From: Eledone cirrhosa
Lineage: Eukaryota
Reading direction: 5' to 3'
Length of the DNA stretch: 64,000 nucleotides
NCBI GenBank assembly: GCA_964016885.1
Contig: OZ024758.1
Location: forward strand, 25,296,001 to 25,360,000
Part shown: positions 11,501 to 26,240 of the stretch, one piece after another
How the letters are laid out: every line of letters begins with the position of its first letter
Position numbering within the stretch: position 1 is the first letter of the stretch
The notes under the pieces: generated by a model
What the model saw: only the letters and a program-made list of their open reading frames with translations
Database searches by the model: none
Told to the model about the DNA's origin: nothing
Translations under genes and position numbers: made by a program

Positions 11501-12576
11501 CCTGTTAAAATGTACTCAGTACAGGTAATTGGTAGAATTATTAGAGACTCAGACAAAATTCTTCGTAGAATTTATTCCAGCTCTTTACATCCTCAGATAA
11601 ATTCTACCAAAGTCGACTTTGTCTTTCACATGTAGCTAGGATTGTAAAGGAAGTGGTCGACTTAAGAACCATTGGGGAAATTTGAAATTTGAAATGTGTG
11701 CCTCCCAATGCAAATGACCTTAATAATAGTTGTTCACTACAAATAATGGTTGAGAAAATTCTGTAAAGTACCCCAGGAGATGGAAAATAAGGTAGACAGA
11801 GGTGCCTGCAAGGAATTGAACTCTGCTTCTTGAAATATTCATGAAAATATCTAAATTTGAAGACCTAGTGTATCCATGACAGAAAAATGTGAATATAAAA
11901 CAGAGAAGACGAAGACGAAGAAGAAGAAGAAGAAGAAGAAGCATTTAAGACTAATTAAAAAAAAGAACGTTAATGATGACTGACAGAGAGTTTTTTATTT
12001 ATATCAAGATGACAAATTGATAAACATACTCATAAACTATTCTTTAAGTCAAGATAAAATACGAAACTAAACTTGAAACTTGCGGCTGAAATAAATGTCA
12101 GAAAGCTTGATGATATTAATTGGTTGTGCTAAATGTTTCAGACTGCATTCCTTCTTACTCTATAATAAACATTACTCAGGCCAATATTCTGTTCTCTCTC
12201 ATCATAAGGATATATTAAAGGCTTCATGTTTTCTGTGGATTATTTTTCCATATAGCATTAACATCAGATAATCATTCTATTATTAAACATAGAAAATATT
12301 TTATGTATTTCATCACTCTATCTTTCCTACAGCTGACACAACCACAACCACTTGTAAATTTTTACAAAACTTTGCTAACTTTTTACTTAGCTTACCTTCA
12401 CTTGATTCAGTGTAGAATAACAGAACTAAACAACATATTCTGTCTGGATCAAGATAAGAGTAGAAGCAAAACATTGCAATTTGATTCTTGTTTTCCTCAT
12501 TATTTCTTCATACAGAAATTGGATATAATAGTTTTATTTGAAGCCTTTCTTTTAATTTTATTTCTTTTTATCTACT

Positions 12577-13910
<1,334 letters not shown>

Positions 13911-14193
13911 AGTTTGGGCTACTTACCAACGGCTAGCCATAAAAAAGTATTACACTGAAAGCAGGATGCTGCCATAGCTGGAGCACATACAGTGTTTCAA
14001 ATGAAGTGAGATGATGATGATGATGATAAGGATGATGATCATCATCATCATCATTATCATTATCACATCATCATCACATGATCATCATCATCATCACTAT
14101 AATGTCTGTAACTTGTAACTTGTCAGCATGGATTAGACAGGTGCAGAGAATTGTTTTTTTCTCATAACTAGACATCTTTAGTACTTCTTCGTT

Positions 14194-14287
<94 letters not shown>

Positions 14288-14302
14288 ATATATATATATA
14301 TA

Positions 14303-14980
14303 ATAATCTCCCTATCGGTTGAGATTAAATTTGGCGATATATGGCTGCGCTTTCTAGCAGCATGCCTACCCGCCGTAAGCGACCAATCACACGCTTTCTC
14401 TCTGGCTGGTACACAGCTACATAGCGATCTTAGCCATTTTTGAATCTAAATTTGGCGGGGTCTGTCCGAGAAATTAAATGTCTATTTCTGAGTTTGTCTC
14501 CTGATGATAACCTGACTCGGGACAGTCCATATTATTTGGATGTCCTAAACAAGGAAGAAACCATGCTCGAGATATAATTACGGTATGTGCGCATTTCTTC
14601 TAAGTTTAATTTTACTACTAATTACGTGCGGTTGACGATATGTTTGATCGGATTCTGCATGCTGCCGAAGTATTTGATAAATAATGGAACGGAGTTAACG
14701 CGAACTGGCTGCGATCAATTGTTTGTCGGAGATTTCCCCGTTAGAAAATTTACTCTTAAAGCTTGCTGGATTTGATTATGTATATGGTTTATTATGCTGA
14801 TTAGAGGAAGAAATAGTATATATTTTAATATCTGATTGATTCTATAAACACGTTTTATGATATAATGCTCTGATTTTTTGATTTTAACTTATTAATTCTT
14901 CATTGAGCTTAAAAGTGAACAGTTGCAACACATATATGTATCATTGATTTAATTTAATTTAATTTTATGTATGTGATAAC

Positions 14981-14983
<3 letters not shown>
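14303..14983 (+). mobile_element. PLE-type hammerhead module in (TA)n
   Basis: HHR 14495-14574: tgtctc CTGATGA ...ggaca gtcca..tgga tgtcc... GAAA ccatgc TC gagata; bases of stems II and III imperfect. Confidence 0.6.
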
Positions 14984-15036
<53 letters not shown>

Positions 15037-15089
15037 ATATCTATATATATATACACATATATATATATCATCATCATCTATATACATAC

Positions 15090-15128
<39 letters not shown>

Positions 15129-15134
15129 CATATA

Positions 15135-15174
<40 letters not shown>

Positions 15175-15196
15175 TATATGTATATATATATACATA

Positions 15197-15629
<433 letters not shown>

Positions 15630-15732
15630 GGAGGTGAGTTTTATTGTAACAACAATAAAACAATGCAAATATCGGATAAGTAACACTCCACAGTTTATAG
15701 GACTGGTGTATAAATAATATAAGATCTTATAT

Positions 15733-15862
<130 letters not shown>

Positions 15863-16658
15863 AGTGTGTGTATATTTATCATCATAGTTAAACGTGCGCT
15901 TTTCCTGCCAGCAAGGATTGGAGGGGTCTACACAGACCTTGTCAGTACTGAAGCAGGGCTACTGACCTCCCAGACATGACAGCGGGGAGTTCTGCATCAC
16001 ATGTATGTCCTTACATTCTATCGAGTGCACAAGGACGGTTGTCATGTCCTTGACACAACTGAAGGGTCCTCCAATATTTTGTCTGGCAAGCTTTCTACAG
16101 CTGGATGCCCTTCCTATCACCAACACCTTTACAGCATGTACCAGATGTGTTTATCTTGCAGACTACTGACACTAGAGAGGTTTTCATGTCCTTGATATGA
16201 CTAAGGATTCCTCTCAACTGAAGAGCCCTACTCTATAATCTATTATATATATAATATATATATTTGAATCTACCATTTACAATGGAGAACTCAACACTTT
16301 GAACACAATGAAATCTCATTAAAATAATTATTTCTACTTTTGGCACAAGGCCAGCAATTATCCCAGTACATTACTGGTACTTTATTTTATCGACCCCATA
16401 AAGATGAAAGGCAAAGTTAACCTCGGCGGAATTTGAACTCAGACCATAAAGGGCCGTAACTCTTTGCTGCAAAGCATGGCGTCCGACCCTCTACCGATAC
16501 TGCCAATCCACCGCCCTAAAAATCTCATTAAAATCTCATTAAAATAATGAGGCACAAAACTTTCTATATTGATTCATTGCTTCAATAAATCTCATTAACA
16601 AAAGAATGTATATTTATGAGATTTGTGTATTGATTAACCCTTTAGCAATTACATTACT

Positions 16659-19463
16659 GATTAGTTGTAGGTAGGAGACTACTGACAATCATCTCGGTCT
16701 ATGCTCCCCAAGCAGGCCTAGGCAAAGATGAGAAAGACTGCTTTTATGAGCAACTTTTGCAAACAACCACAATGACAGAGGACGGAGACATCGTTATGCT
16801 AGCAGGAGACTTCAATGGTCATGTTGGACAGCTCCAGGATGGTTACACTGGGGTACATGGTGGGCACGGTTACGGTTCAAGAAATGAAGAAGGAGTGAGA
16901 CTTCTTGAATTTTGTGATGCAAGTACATTGACTATTTGCAACACAAACTTCCAGAAACCTGCCAATCACCTAATAACCTACAAATCTGGTGAGCACATAA
17001 GCCAGATTGACTTCCTGCTAGTTAGGCAGCGGGACAGGCAGATAGTGTCTAATACCAAGGCATACCCTGGGGAAGAATGTACCCCACAGCATAGGTTAGT
17101 TGTTAGTGATATCTCAGTAAGCAAGAGATGGAATGAGACATATAGGAAGGTGTGGAGAAGAAAGGTCTGGAAGCTAAAAGACCTTTCACTAAAATTCAAA
17201 TTTAGGAAAGCCCTTCAAGATGTATATGACGAAAAAGAAGACGATTTAGAGACGTATGACATAGATAATAACTGGAAGTTCTTACGTGACAACTTGCTGA
17301 AGGCTACTGATGAAACCTGTGGCTGGAGCAGAGCTCCAACCAGACAGAGAGTGACCTGGTGGTGGAACAGCAGTGTAGATAAGGCTATTAGAGACAAAAG
17401 ACTAGCATGGAAGGCTTGGAATAAGGGTGGGAGTAGGGAAGAATATACAGCCACTAAGAGAGAAGCTAGACGTCAGGTGTACTTAGCACGCAGGGAGGCA
17501 GAGAGTAGGAGGTTTGCCAATGTTCTGCGACGGGAAGATCAGAGGCGTGCGGTGTTCCACATTGCAAGGCAGTGTGTCAATGCAAATCAGGATGTTGTTG
17601 GTGATAAATGTGTCCGGGATGATGCCGGTGTACTTAGTGTCACGAATGACCAGAAAAAGGAGGCCTGGAAATGTCATTATGAGAGACTGATGAATGTGGA
17701 GAACGAATGGGAGAGAGAGAAATTACCCTTGGTAGATCCGACAGAGGGACCAGCTATTGAGATTGACGAATATAGGGTCCAAGAGGCGATTAGGGAAATG
17801 AAAAATGGTAAGGCGGCCGGACCATCGGGAATAGTTGCTGAGATGCTGAAGGCATCAGGGGACGTAGGCATTAAACTGGTTGCACGCATAATCAATCAGG
17901 CTATATATGGTGGTGTCATACCCAAAGACTGGTGCAGCAGTATTCTCATAAATTGCTACAAAGGTAAAGGGGATGCTTTGGAGAGGAGCAATTATAGGGG
18001 TATAAAACTGATAGATCAGGTTATGAAAGTGGCAGAAAGGATTCTAGCACAACTAATTAGAGAAAGGGTCAAACTAGATGAGATGCAGTTTGGTTTTGTG
18101 CCTGGGAAGAGTACAACAGATGCCCTCTTCTTGGTGAGACAAATGCAAGAGAGGTTCTTAGAGAAGAATAAGCCACTATACTTAGCCTTTGTTGACCTAG
18201 AGAAGGCCTTTGATAGGGTACCCCGATCTGTCATCTGGTGGTCCCTAAGGAAGCTGGGTGTTGAGGAATGGCTTGTAAGGACAGTGCAAACTTTGTACAG
18301 AGGTACTCTCAGTAAAGTCAGGGTAGGAATGGAGTTTAGTGAGGAATTCCAGATACAAGTAGGAGTACATCAGGGTTCGGTCCTCAGCCCGCTCTTGTTC
18401 ATTATAGTCCTCCAAGCCATAACAGAGGAGTTTAAGACTGGCTGCCCATGGGAACTTCTCTATGCTGACGATCTGGCTCTTATGGCAGAATCAGTAGAGG
18501 AGCTAGAGAATAAATTCCGGCTATGGAAACAGCAGTTGGAAGCAAGAGGACTGAGAGTAAATCTAGCTAAGACAAAAGTGTTGATGAGTAGAAAAGAGGA
18601 CAAAACCCTGATTCCGTCAGGGAAATGGCCATGTTCGATATGCAGAAAAGGAACTGGCATAAATTCTATAAAATGCACACAATGTAGGTCCTGGGTACAC
18701 AAGAGATGTAGCGGGATAGCAGGCAAACTAACAGGTAGGGAGAAATATGTATGCAGTAGATGTACAGGGAAATTAGACAGTAGAAGTCGCACTGATAGAC
18801 ACATTTTTCAAATGCAAGAGGGCGCTATAGAAGTGGTGGATAGCTTCCGGTACCTAGGAGATCAGATTAGCATGGGAGGAGGGTGTTCCGAGGCCATAGT
18901 ATCTAGAATAAGGACGGGTTGGAAGAAGTTTAGGGAGCTGCTTCCTCTGTTGACGAAGAAGGGTTTCTCCCTGCGTACGAAAGGCCGGTTGTATGATGCC
19001 TGTGTGAGGAGCGCGATGCTGCATGGTAGTGAGACATGGGCAGCTACCGCAGAAGATATGCGACGGCTGGAGAGAAATGAGGCAAGCATGCTCCGTTGGA
19101 TGTGCAGTGTAAATGTGCGTGAACGACCCAGCATAAATGTGTTGAGAGAGAAACTGTGTCTGAGAGGGATAGAATGTAGTGTACGGGAGAGGAGACTGAG
19201 GTGGTATGGACATGTGATGCGCATGGAGGATGACCGATGGGTGAAGAAGTGCCAGGAAATGCCAGTTGAAGGAAGACGTGGTAGAGGTAGACCACGAAAA
19301 ACATGGGCGGAGGTGGTGAGAACAGACCTCAGATCATTGAAGCTCACGGTGGAGATGACGAGGGACCGTGACGAGTGGAGAGATGCTGTGCTGAATAAGA
19401 CCCGTCCCACCCTTGCAAGCAGGGAAAAGCGGACGTAAAATGATGATGATGATGATGATGATG
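16659..19463 (+). mobile_element. RTE-clade LINE (family 1), 5'-truncated, TSD ATTACT
   Basis: ATTACT at 16653-16658 and 19464-19469; (GAT)n tail; uninterrupted frame. Confidence 0.95.
16661..19438 (+). CDS. RTE polyprotein (partial APE endonuclease - reverse transcriptase - PHD-type Zn finger), N-terminus missing
   Basis: Frame is open from 16661 (LVVGRRLLTIISVYAPQ); motifs GDFNGHVG, SQIDF, QHRLV, NYRGIKL, QFGF, FVDLEKAFD, GVHQGSVLSP, LLYADDL, FRYLG, RGRGRPRKTW. Confidence 0.92.
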   Translation, partial: LVVGRRLLTIISVYAPQAGLGKDEKDCFYEQLLQTTTMTEDGDIVMLAGDFNGHVGQLQDGYTGVHGGHGYGSRNEEGVRLLEFCDASTLTICNTNFQKPANHLITYKSGEHISQIDFLLVRQRDRQIVSNTKAYPGEECTPQHRLVVSDISVSKRWNETYRKVWRRKVWKLKDLSLKFKFRKALQDVYDEKEDDLETYDIDNNWKFLRDNLLKATDETCGWSRAPTRQRVTWWWNSSVDKAIRDKRLAWKAWNKGGSREEYTATKREARRQVYLARREAESRRFANVLRREDQRRAVFHIARQCVNANQDVVGDKCVRDDAGVLSVTNDQKKEAWKCHYERLMNVENEWEREKLPLVDPTEGPAIEIDEYRVQEAIREMKNGKAAGPSGIVAEMLKASGDVGIKLVARIINQAIYGGVIPKDWCSSILINCYKGKGDALERSNYRGIKLIDQVMKVAERILAQLIRERVKLDEMQFGFVPGKSTTDALFLVRQMQERFLEKNKPLYLAFVDLEKAFDRVPRSVIWWSLRKLGVEEWLVRTVQTLYRGTLSKVRVGMEFSEEFQIQVGVHQGSVLSPLLFIIVLQAITEEFKTGCPWELLYADDLALMAESVEELENKFRLWKQQLEARGLRVNLAKTKVLMSRKEDKTLIPSGKWPCSICRKGTGINSIKCTQCRSWVHKRCSGIAGKLTGREKYVCSRCTGKLDSRSRTDRHIFQMQEGAIEVVDSFRYLGDQISMGGGCSEAIVSRIRTGWKKFRELLPLLTKKGFSLRTKGRLYDACVRSAMLHGSETWAATAEDMRRLERNEASMLRWMCSVNVRERPSINVLREKLCLRGIECSVRERRLRWYGHVMRMEDDRWVKKCQEMPVEGRRGRGRPRKTWAEVVRTDLRSLKLTVEMTRDRDEWRDAVLNKTRPTLASREKRT

Positions 19464-20245
19464 ATTACTCTATATATACTATTATATTTTCACGGTAAAG
19501 GCTTTACCTCACATAATTATCTCACATAATACTGAATCTATGAGTTTTCGATATTATTTATTTTGAGAACAATACTTTAACATCAGTATGAGTGGCCAGT
19601 TACAGGTGGTTTGAACAGAAAGAAGTGAGAGAATTCTGGCCGGATATGGCCAGTTTAAATGCTAAAGGGTAAAATTAAAATTGTTCTAAGATTAACTTTC
19701 CTTATCTTGGCTCTGATTACAAACTTATAATCTTCTTCACCTTCATCTACCTATTTATTGTTCCTATATTGTCCATACCATATATACCTCAATCTCTTGC
19801 AAGCAACATCTAACAGTTTTATCTTAATGCCTCTGACTTCGGTATTTCCCTTAAATTTACATTGCATACCTTAAGGGGGATTAGACATCCCTACCAAGTT
19901 TGCACTGCTATAATGTAAAACATTTTTAACACATGCCTCATACAATTTCCCCCATTACAGAAATATATAGTTTATTTTTTTGTATTAACTAAGGATAGAT
20001 ATTCTGTAACCTTTCCCAAGCTATTAAATGTAGACATTATTCTGTCAGAAGCAATACCTTTTATATTAATTAGATCTGATGTAAATGCTAAAGGGTTAAT
20101 GCTCTAGCAATTTCAGCAAAGCACTATTCCTGGATTAATACTTTATTTATTGACCCCAAAAGGATGAAAAGCAAAGTAGACCTCTGCAGGATTTGAACTC
20201 AGATCACATAGACAGTGATCTGGAACAAGTACTGCAAGCATTTAA

Positions 20246-20420
20246 CACTTTAGCTTTTAAACCAGCCATATCCGGCCAGAATTTTCTCACCTCTTTCTGT
20301 TCAAACCAGCTGTAACTAATCTCAAAATAAATATTATCAAAATCTCATAGATTCGAAATTATGTAATATAATACTACTAAAATACAATAGAATGTATAGA
20401 GTAATGAAAATGCTAAAGGG
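20246..20420 (-). mobile_element. piggyBac-type MITE
   Basis: TTAA-flanked, reverse orientation; further copies at 21696-21922 and 32694-32906 (TTAT TSD). Confidence 0.8.
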
Positions 20421-20804
20421 TTAAGTTGACACATTAACAACTGCCAATCTATTTTCATACATGCATTTCTAATGAATTAGATTTTAAAAAAAAGAATCCT
20501 GTAAAATAAAATACCTTATAGTAGAGTGACATCTTTGTAATTAGGTTGTTAGTGCCAGCAACTTATCTTTATTAATCTCTGGGTACCTACTTCCTTTCCA
20601 ATATCATGTACAAAATCCCTGAACTTTATCAGCAGAATCAGACCCAACTGGCATAACATGCAAGCAGATAATTTAACTCTCAACATCCTGTAATGTTTTA
20701 GCAGAAAATATTTAAAAACCAGGTTTGTTAATTCAAATGTTTATAATACAAGGACAATCCCCAAAGTAAGGTCTCCTTCCGATATTGCAACTTCAGATAT
20801 TGCA

Positions 20805-20999
20805 ACTGAAAAGTTCATAGCCTGACCATGAAGTAGTGATGCTAGAGCTGTGAAATCTTGCATGCATTAATTTCAACTCTTCTTCTTAATAACTGAATTG
20901 TTTCTTTCCAGGGACTATGTTGAAAAATAAACCTCATTTGGTCATTCCATGAGAGTATCTTGGTCAGACAGCCTATAAACTTTTCAGCCAACCCTCGTA
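20805..20999. mobile_element. mariner-type MITE
   Basis: ctgaaaagttcatagcctga...cagcctataaacttttcagccaaccctcg TA. Confidence 0.75.
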
Positions 21000-21316
21000 G
21001 AAGAATAAAAAGTGAGACATGTTTATTTACAAGATATATTTAAAAGCAGTTCAGTAAATGTTAGTAGGGCACTGAACCTAAAGACTTGAGAGCATCAGGT
21101 CAGGTTTCTTATGAACCTGATTTAAGCTGTTTATTTAGAAATAGAGCTGTCATTAATTACATCATATGTGCTATGTATATAGTCATATGAAATCAAGCCA
21201 TCAGAAGTTTAAGCTAAAAGAAACTATAAAACAAACAAAATAAACAAACTACAAAAGATTAAATGTTCACTATGAACTTTCCCTATTGGTTGTTCTTGCA
21301 TTTCAAAAATTGTTTA

Positions 21317-21596
21317 ATATATGACCCTAAAAATATTAAAATATATGACCCTAAAAATATTAAAATATATGACCCTAAAAATATTAAAACATCTGACTGT
21401 AAAAATATTAAAATATCTGACCCTAAAAATATTAAAATATCTGACCTTAAAAATATTAAAACATCTGACCCTAAAAATATTAACATATCTGACCCTAAAA
21501 ATATTAAAATATATGACCCTAAAAATCTTTAAATATCTGACCCTAAAAATATTAACATATCTGACCCTAAAAATATTAAAATAACTGACCCTAAAA
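21317..21596. repeat. 24-bp minisatellite, ~11.5 copies
   Basis: Unit tgaccctaaaaatattaaaatatm. Confidence 0.95.
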
Positions 21597-22245
21597 GGAT
21601 GACAGTGGCAAAGACGATTTTGCTGGATTTATTTCATTTTTCAGTCACTCCCAGCTAGGCTGCTAATAACCAGCAATACAGTAAACTCTAAATAACCCCT
21701 TTAGTATTTAAACTGGCCGTATCTGGCTAGAATTCTCTTACCTCTAGTATTTAAACTGGCTTTAGCTGTAACTGGCCACTGATACTGATGTTAAGGTATT
21801 GTTCTCAAAATAAATAACGTCAAAATCTCATAGATTTTATATTATGTGAGATAATTATGTAAGATAAAGCCTTTACCACAAAAATACAATAGTATATATA
21901 GGGTAATGTAAATGGTAAAGGATTAATATGCTGGGAGTTACAAAAGAAAAGGTAAAAAGGAAAATCTAATAAGATGTTGCCCTTGAAGTTTAAAACAATC
22001 TGCAGCAGATTTAACCCTTTCTTTACCATATTTCTAACGAGATCCTTGCATTTCAATTCATGTTGAAAATAATCAAGAATTTTGAGGTATTTAGTAGTCT
22101 AACTTTGTCGTATTACTCTGGTGTTTGAATAACATTTACAGTCTTTTCCAATACTACTTTCTTTTTCTATATGTTTGACTAAATATTAAATTCTTTATCA
22201 TTTTTATATAATAAAATGAATATATATATATTTATTTAGGCACAT

Positions 22246-22573
22246 GGAGGCACATGGCTTAGTAGTTAGAGCCTTGCAATCGAAAGGTTGTGAGTTCAAT
22301 TCTCAAACCGGGTGATGTGTTGTTTCCTTGAGCAAGACACTTTATTTCACATTGCTCCAGTTTACTCAGCTGTAGAAATGAGATGATAGGGACTGGGGTC
22401 CCTATCATTCCACTGCGAAGTGGTCGTGGAGGTGCCACGGAAAAAAAGCACCCACTGTAAATGAGGTTGGTGTTAGGAAGGGCATCCAGCTGTAGAAATC
22501 AAGCCAGAATCAGTTCCCGTCCCACCCTTGCAAGCAGGGAAAAGCGGACGTAAAATGATGATGATGATGATGA
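22246..22573 (+). mobile_element. SINE family A
   Basis: Near-full copy; followed by a diverged SINE head at 22579-22700. Confidence 0.9.
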
Positions 22574-23134
22574 TTATAGTGAAGGCATGTGGCTGAGTGG
22601 TTAGACATTTGGATTTGCAATCGTGAGATTGTGAGTTTGATTCCCAGACCAGGCAATGCGTTATGTCCTTCGGCAAGACACTTTATTTCACGTTGCTCCT
22701 TCTACCTGGAGTTGGGACCAATAGATAGTATTAGCAATTGGAAAGACCTATGGAAACATTGTTCCCTTGGTCCGATTTGACGAAAGTCGATCGACTTTCG
22801 ATATAGTAATGGTTAGGTTCCTTAAAAAAAACTTAATATCTTACATTAAATGATCATGAAAAGTTTTTTTTTTCTTAGATAAATATTAACACTTTAACAT
22901 AAACAGCTTTGTATCATAGAACTGGGGTGGTTGCAGGGGCTTTGGTACCAAAAGGGTTGAAAGAATTAAGATTATAACCTATCAAGGAGAATCTATATAT
23001 AAATTTGAGCGACTTCCGTCCGTCCGTCCATCACACAATGTGTGTGTGTTTGTGAGAATTTATGTGTGTAAAAGGAAGGAAGGGGATAGTGAAAAAACTA
23101 TAGCAAGACAGTGGCTGACGTTCCATTTGCTACA

Positions 23135-23790
23135 CTGTGTGTGAGTGTATGTGTATGTTTGTGTGAATGTATGAGTGTATTTGTGTGAATATATATGTGT
23201 GTTTGTGTGAATGTATGTATGCGTTTGTGTGAATGTATGTGTTTTGTTTGTGTGAATGTATGTGTTTGTTTGTGTGAATGTATGTGTGTGTTTGTGTGAG
23301 TGTATGTGTATGTTTGTGTGAATGTATGAGTGTATTTGTGTGAATGTATGTGTGTGTTTGTGTGAATGTATGTATGCGTTTGTGTGAATGTATGTGTATG
23401 TTTGTGTGAATGTATGGGTGTGTTTGTGTGAATGTATGTGTGTGTTTGTGTGAATGTATGTGTGTGTTTGTGTGAATGTATGTATGGGTTTGAGTGAATG
23501 TATGTATGCGTTTGTGTGAATGTATGTGTGCGTTTGTGTGAATGTATGTGTGTGTTTGTGTGAATGTATGTGTGCGTTTGTGTGAATGTATGTGTGTGTT
23601 TGTGTGAATGTATGTGCGTGTTTGTGTGAATGTATGTGTGCGTTTGTGTGAATGTATGTATGCGTTTGTGTGAATGTATGTGTGTTTGTGTGAATGTTTG
23701 TGTGTGTTTGTGTGAATGTATGTGCGTGTTTGTGTGAATGTATGTATGCGTTTGTGTGAATGTATGTGTGTTTGTGTGAATGTATGTCTG
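23135..23790. repeat. ~22-bp TG-rich minisatellite
   Basis: Unit tttgtgtgaatgtatgtgtgyg. Confidence 0.9.
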
Positions 23791-24049
23791 TGAGTGTGTA
23801 TTTTTATAAGTATGTCTGTGTTTGTCCATTTACATTCATACACGCATACATATAAATGTATGCATATGCACATACACACATGCACACACATATACACATA
23901 CGCATCAGTGTGTTGAACAAAATTCTAGTGAAGAAAATTTCATAAGACAGACAACTCAGAACATAAAGGCATGAATCAAAATATCACAGGGGACTTTGTC
24001 TAACATTCAACTGATTCTAACATTCACCACTCTTAGAAATGTTAATGCC

Positions 24050-24519
24050 GATGTTAACGAAGTTATTCATAATTATATGATGTTAAAAAAAGATGATAAA
24101 AATATTTCCATAGTCCATACAGGCAGAGAAAGTAGGGGCTTAGCTACGAAATCATGATATGGATGAGAGATGAGAGATGAGATATATGTATATATATATA
24201 CATACTCTAGCACTCTATACCATAACTAAAAAGCATGAAAGCCCCATCCCAACACTTGAAAAGAACCTTTAAATATCCAGGTTCTGGGCGCCTGTTGCAG
24301 TGTTGCAGCAAAGAGAAGCATTGGGTCCATGTCTGATGTTAATGAAGTTATTCGTAATTATATGATGTTAAAAAAAGATGATAAAAATATTTCCATAGTC
24401 CATACAGGCAGAGAAAGTAGGGGCTTAGCTATGAAATCATGATATGGATGAGAGATGAGAGATGAGAGATGAGAGATGAGAGATGAGAGATGAGAGATGA
24501 GAGATGAGAGATGAGAGAT
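24050..24519. repeat. ~135-bp direct duplication ending in (GAGAT)n
   Basis: Copies start at 24050 and 24335; the pentamer tract is expanded in the second. Confidence 0.85.
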
Positions 24520-25288
24520 AGGTCTTTCTCTGGATTGAATGCCAATATCACAGCTAACATTCTCAGAGAACTTACTGCCTATTCTTAATAACTTGGTAAA
24601 CTGAGATACATAATATTAAGTGTATTGGCCAAATATACAATGATACACTGAAAATGGATATGAATATATGATATATAATAAGCTATTAATCAGGTTGATA
24701 GGAATGTGTTATCCTTTATAACTAGTATAGCAATACTATTTTTATCTGCTATGAAGGTGAAGGATATTTAATGGAAGGAGGACATTCTATAGGTCTCATG
24801 TAATGAGAGATCAAATTATGGTATTGGCAGGAAAAATAATTGTTTCTACTTTAGGCACAAGGCTAGCAATTACCCAGTACATTACTGGTACTTTATTTTA
24901 TCGACCCCGTTTTTTCCATCTTTTAAGGGTCTCACCCTATTTTATAACATCTCCACACATGAGTACACCATTCTTTATATTAACTTTATCTTCTCAGCAC
25001 TTTGTAAAAGTCCAAGAGACCAACTACATGTACACAATGTTTGTTTATCAATAATTGTTTCTACTTTAGGCACAAGGCCAGCAATTACCCAGTACATTAC
25101 TGGTACTTTATTTTATCGACCCCGTAAGGATGAAAGGCAAAGTCAACCTCGGCGGGATTTGAACTCAGATCGTAAAGGGACGTAACTCTGCTGGAAAGCA
25201 TGGCGTCCGACCCTCTACCGATACTGCCAATCCACCGCCCTCCAAGTATATGTTTAATAATGATTAAAGAAAATATGGAAGGAAATTA

Positions 25289-26240
25289 GTGGTGGTGGTG
25301 GGGGGGGGGTGATACTGGTGGTGGTGGTGGTGGTGGTGGTGGTGGTGGTGGTGGTATGGGGGGGTGATAGTGGTGGTGGTGGTGGTGGTGGTGGTGGTGA
25401 TAGTGGTGGTGGTGGTGGTGATAGTGGTGGTGGTGGTGATGGTGGTGGTGGTGGTGGTGGTGGTGATAGTAGTGGTGGTGGTGGTGGTGGTGGTGGTGGT
25501 GGTGGTGGTGGTGGTGGTGGTGGTGGTGGTGATAGTGGTGGTGGTGGTGATGGTGATAGTGGTGGTGGTGGTGATAGTGGTGGTGGTGGTGGTGGTGGTG
25601 GTGATAGTGGTGGTGGTGGTGGTGGTGGTGGTGGTGGTGGTGGTGGTGGTGGTGGTGATAGTGGTGGTGGTGGTGGTGATGGTGGTGGTGGTGGTGGTGG
25701 TGGTGATGGTGGTGATGGTGGTGGTGGTGGTGGTGGTGATAGTGGTGGTGGTGGTGGTTGTGGTGATAGTGGTGGTGGTGGTGGTGATGGTGGTGATGGT
25801 GGTGGTGGTGGTGATAGTGGTGGTGGTGGTGGTGGTGATGGTGGTGGTGGTGGTGATGGTGGTGATGGTGGTGGTGGTGGTGGTGGTGATAGTGGTGGTG
25901 GTGGTGGTGGTGATGGTGGTGATGGTGGTGGTGATAGTGGTGGTGGTAGTGGTGATGGTGGTGATGGTGGTGATGGTGGTGGTGGTGGTAGTGGTGATGG
26001 TGGTGATGGTGGTGATGGTGGTGGTGGTGATAGTGGTGGTGATAGTGGTGGTGGTGGTGGTGGTGGTGGTGGTGGTGGTGGTGGTGATAGTGGTGGTGGT
26101 AGTGGTGATGGTGGTGGTGGTGGTGGTGGTGATGGTGGTGATGGTGGTGATGGTGGTGGTGGTGATAGTGGTGGTGGTGGTGGTGGTGGTGGTGGTGGTG
26201 GTGGTGGTGGTGGTGGTGGTGGTGGTGGTGGTGGTGGTGG
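25289..26240. repeat. ~950-bp (GGT)n microsatellite with GAT/AGT variants
   Basis: Direct; a similar field at 33638-34240. Confidence 0.95.

Larger units (their letters stand above)
16638..19669 (+). mobile_element. piggyBac-type MITE split by the RTE LINE
   Basis: TTAA CCCTTTAGC at 16634-16646; the MITE resumes at 19464 and ends GCTAAAGGG at 19669. Confidence 0.85.

Noticed and set aside
10290-11635. MAPAWHQQ-repeat ORFs
   Set aside because: Frames of a satellite, open on both strands and interrupted by frame changes.
18460-19410. minus-strand ORFs over the LINE
   Set aside because: Antisense shadows of the RT frame.
22993-23040. Helitron 5' end (TCTATATAT + (GTCC)n)
   Set aside because: Too short and no matching 3' end nearby.
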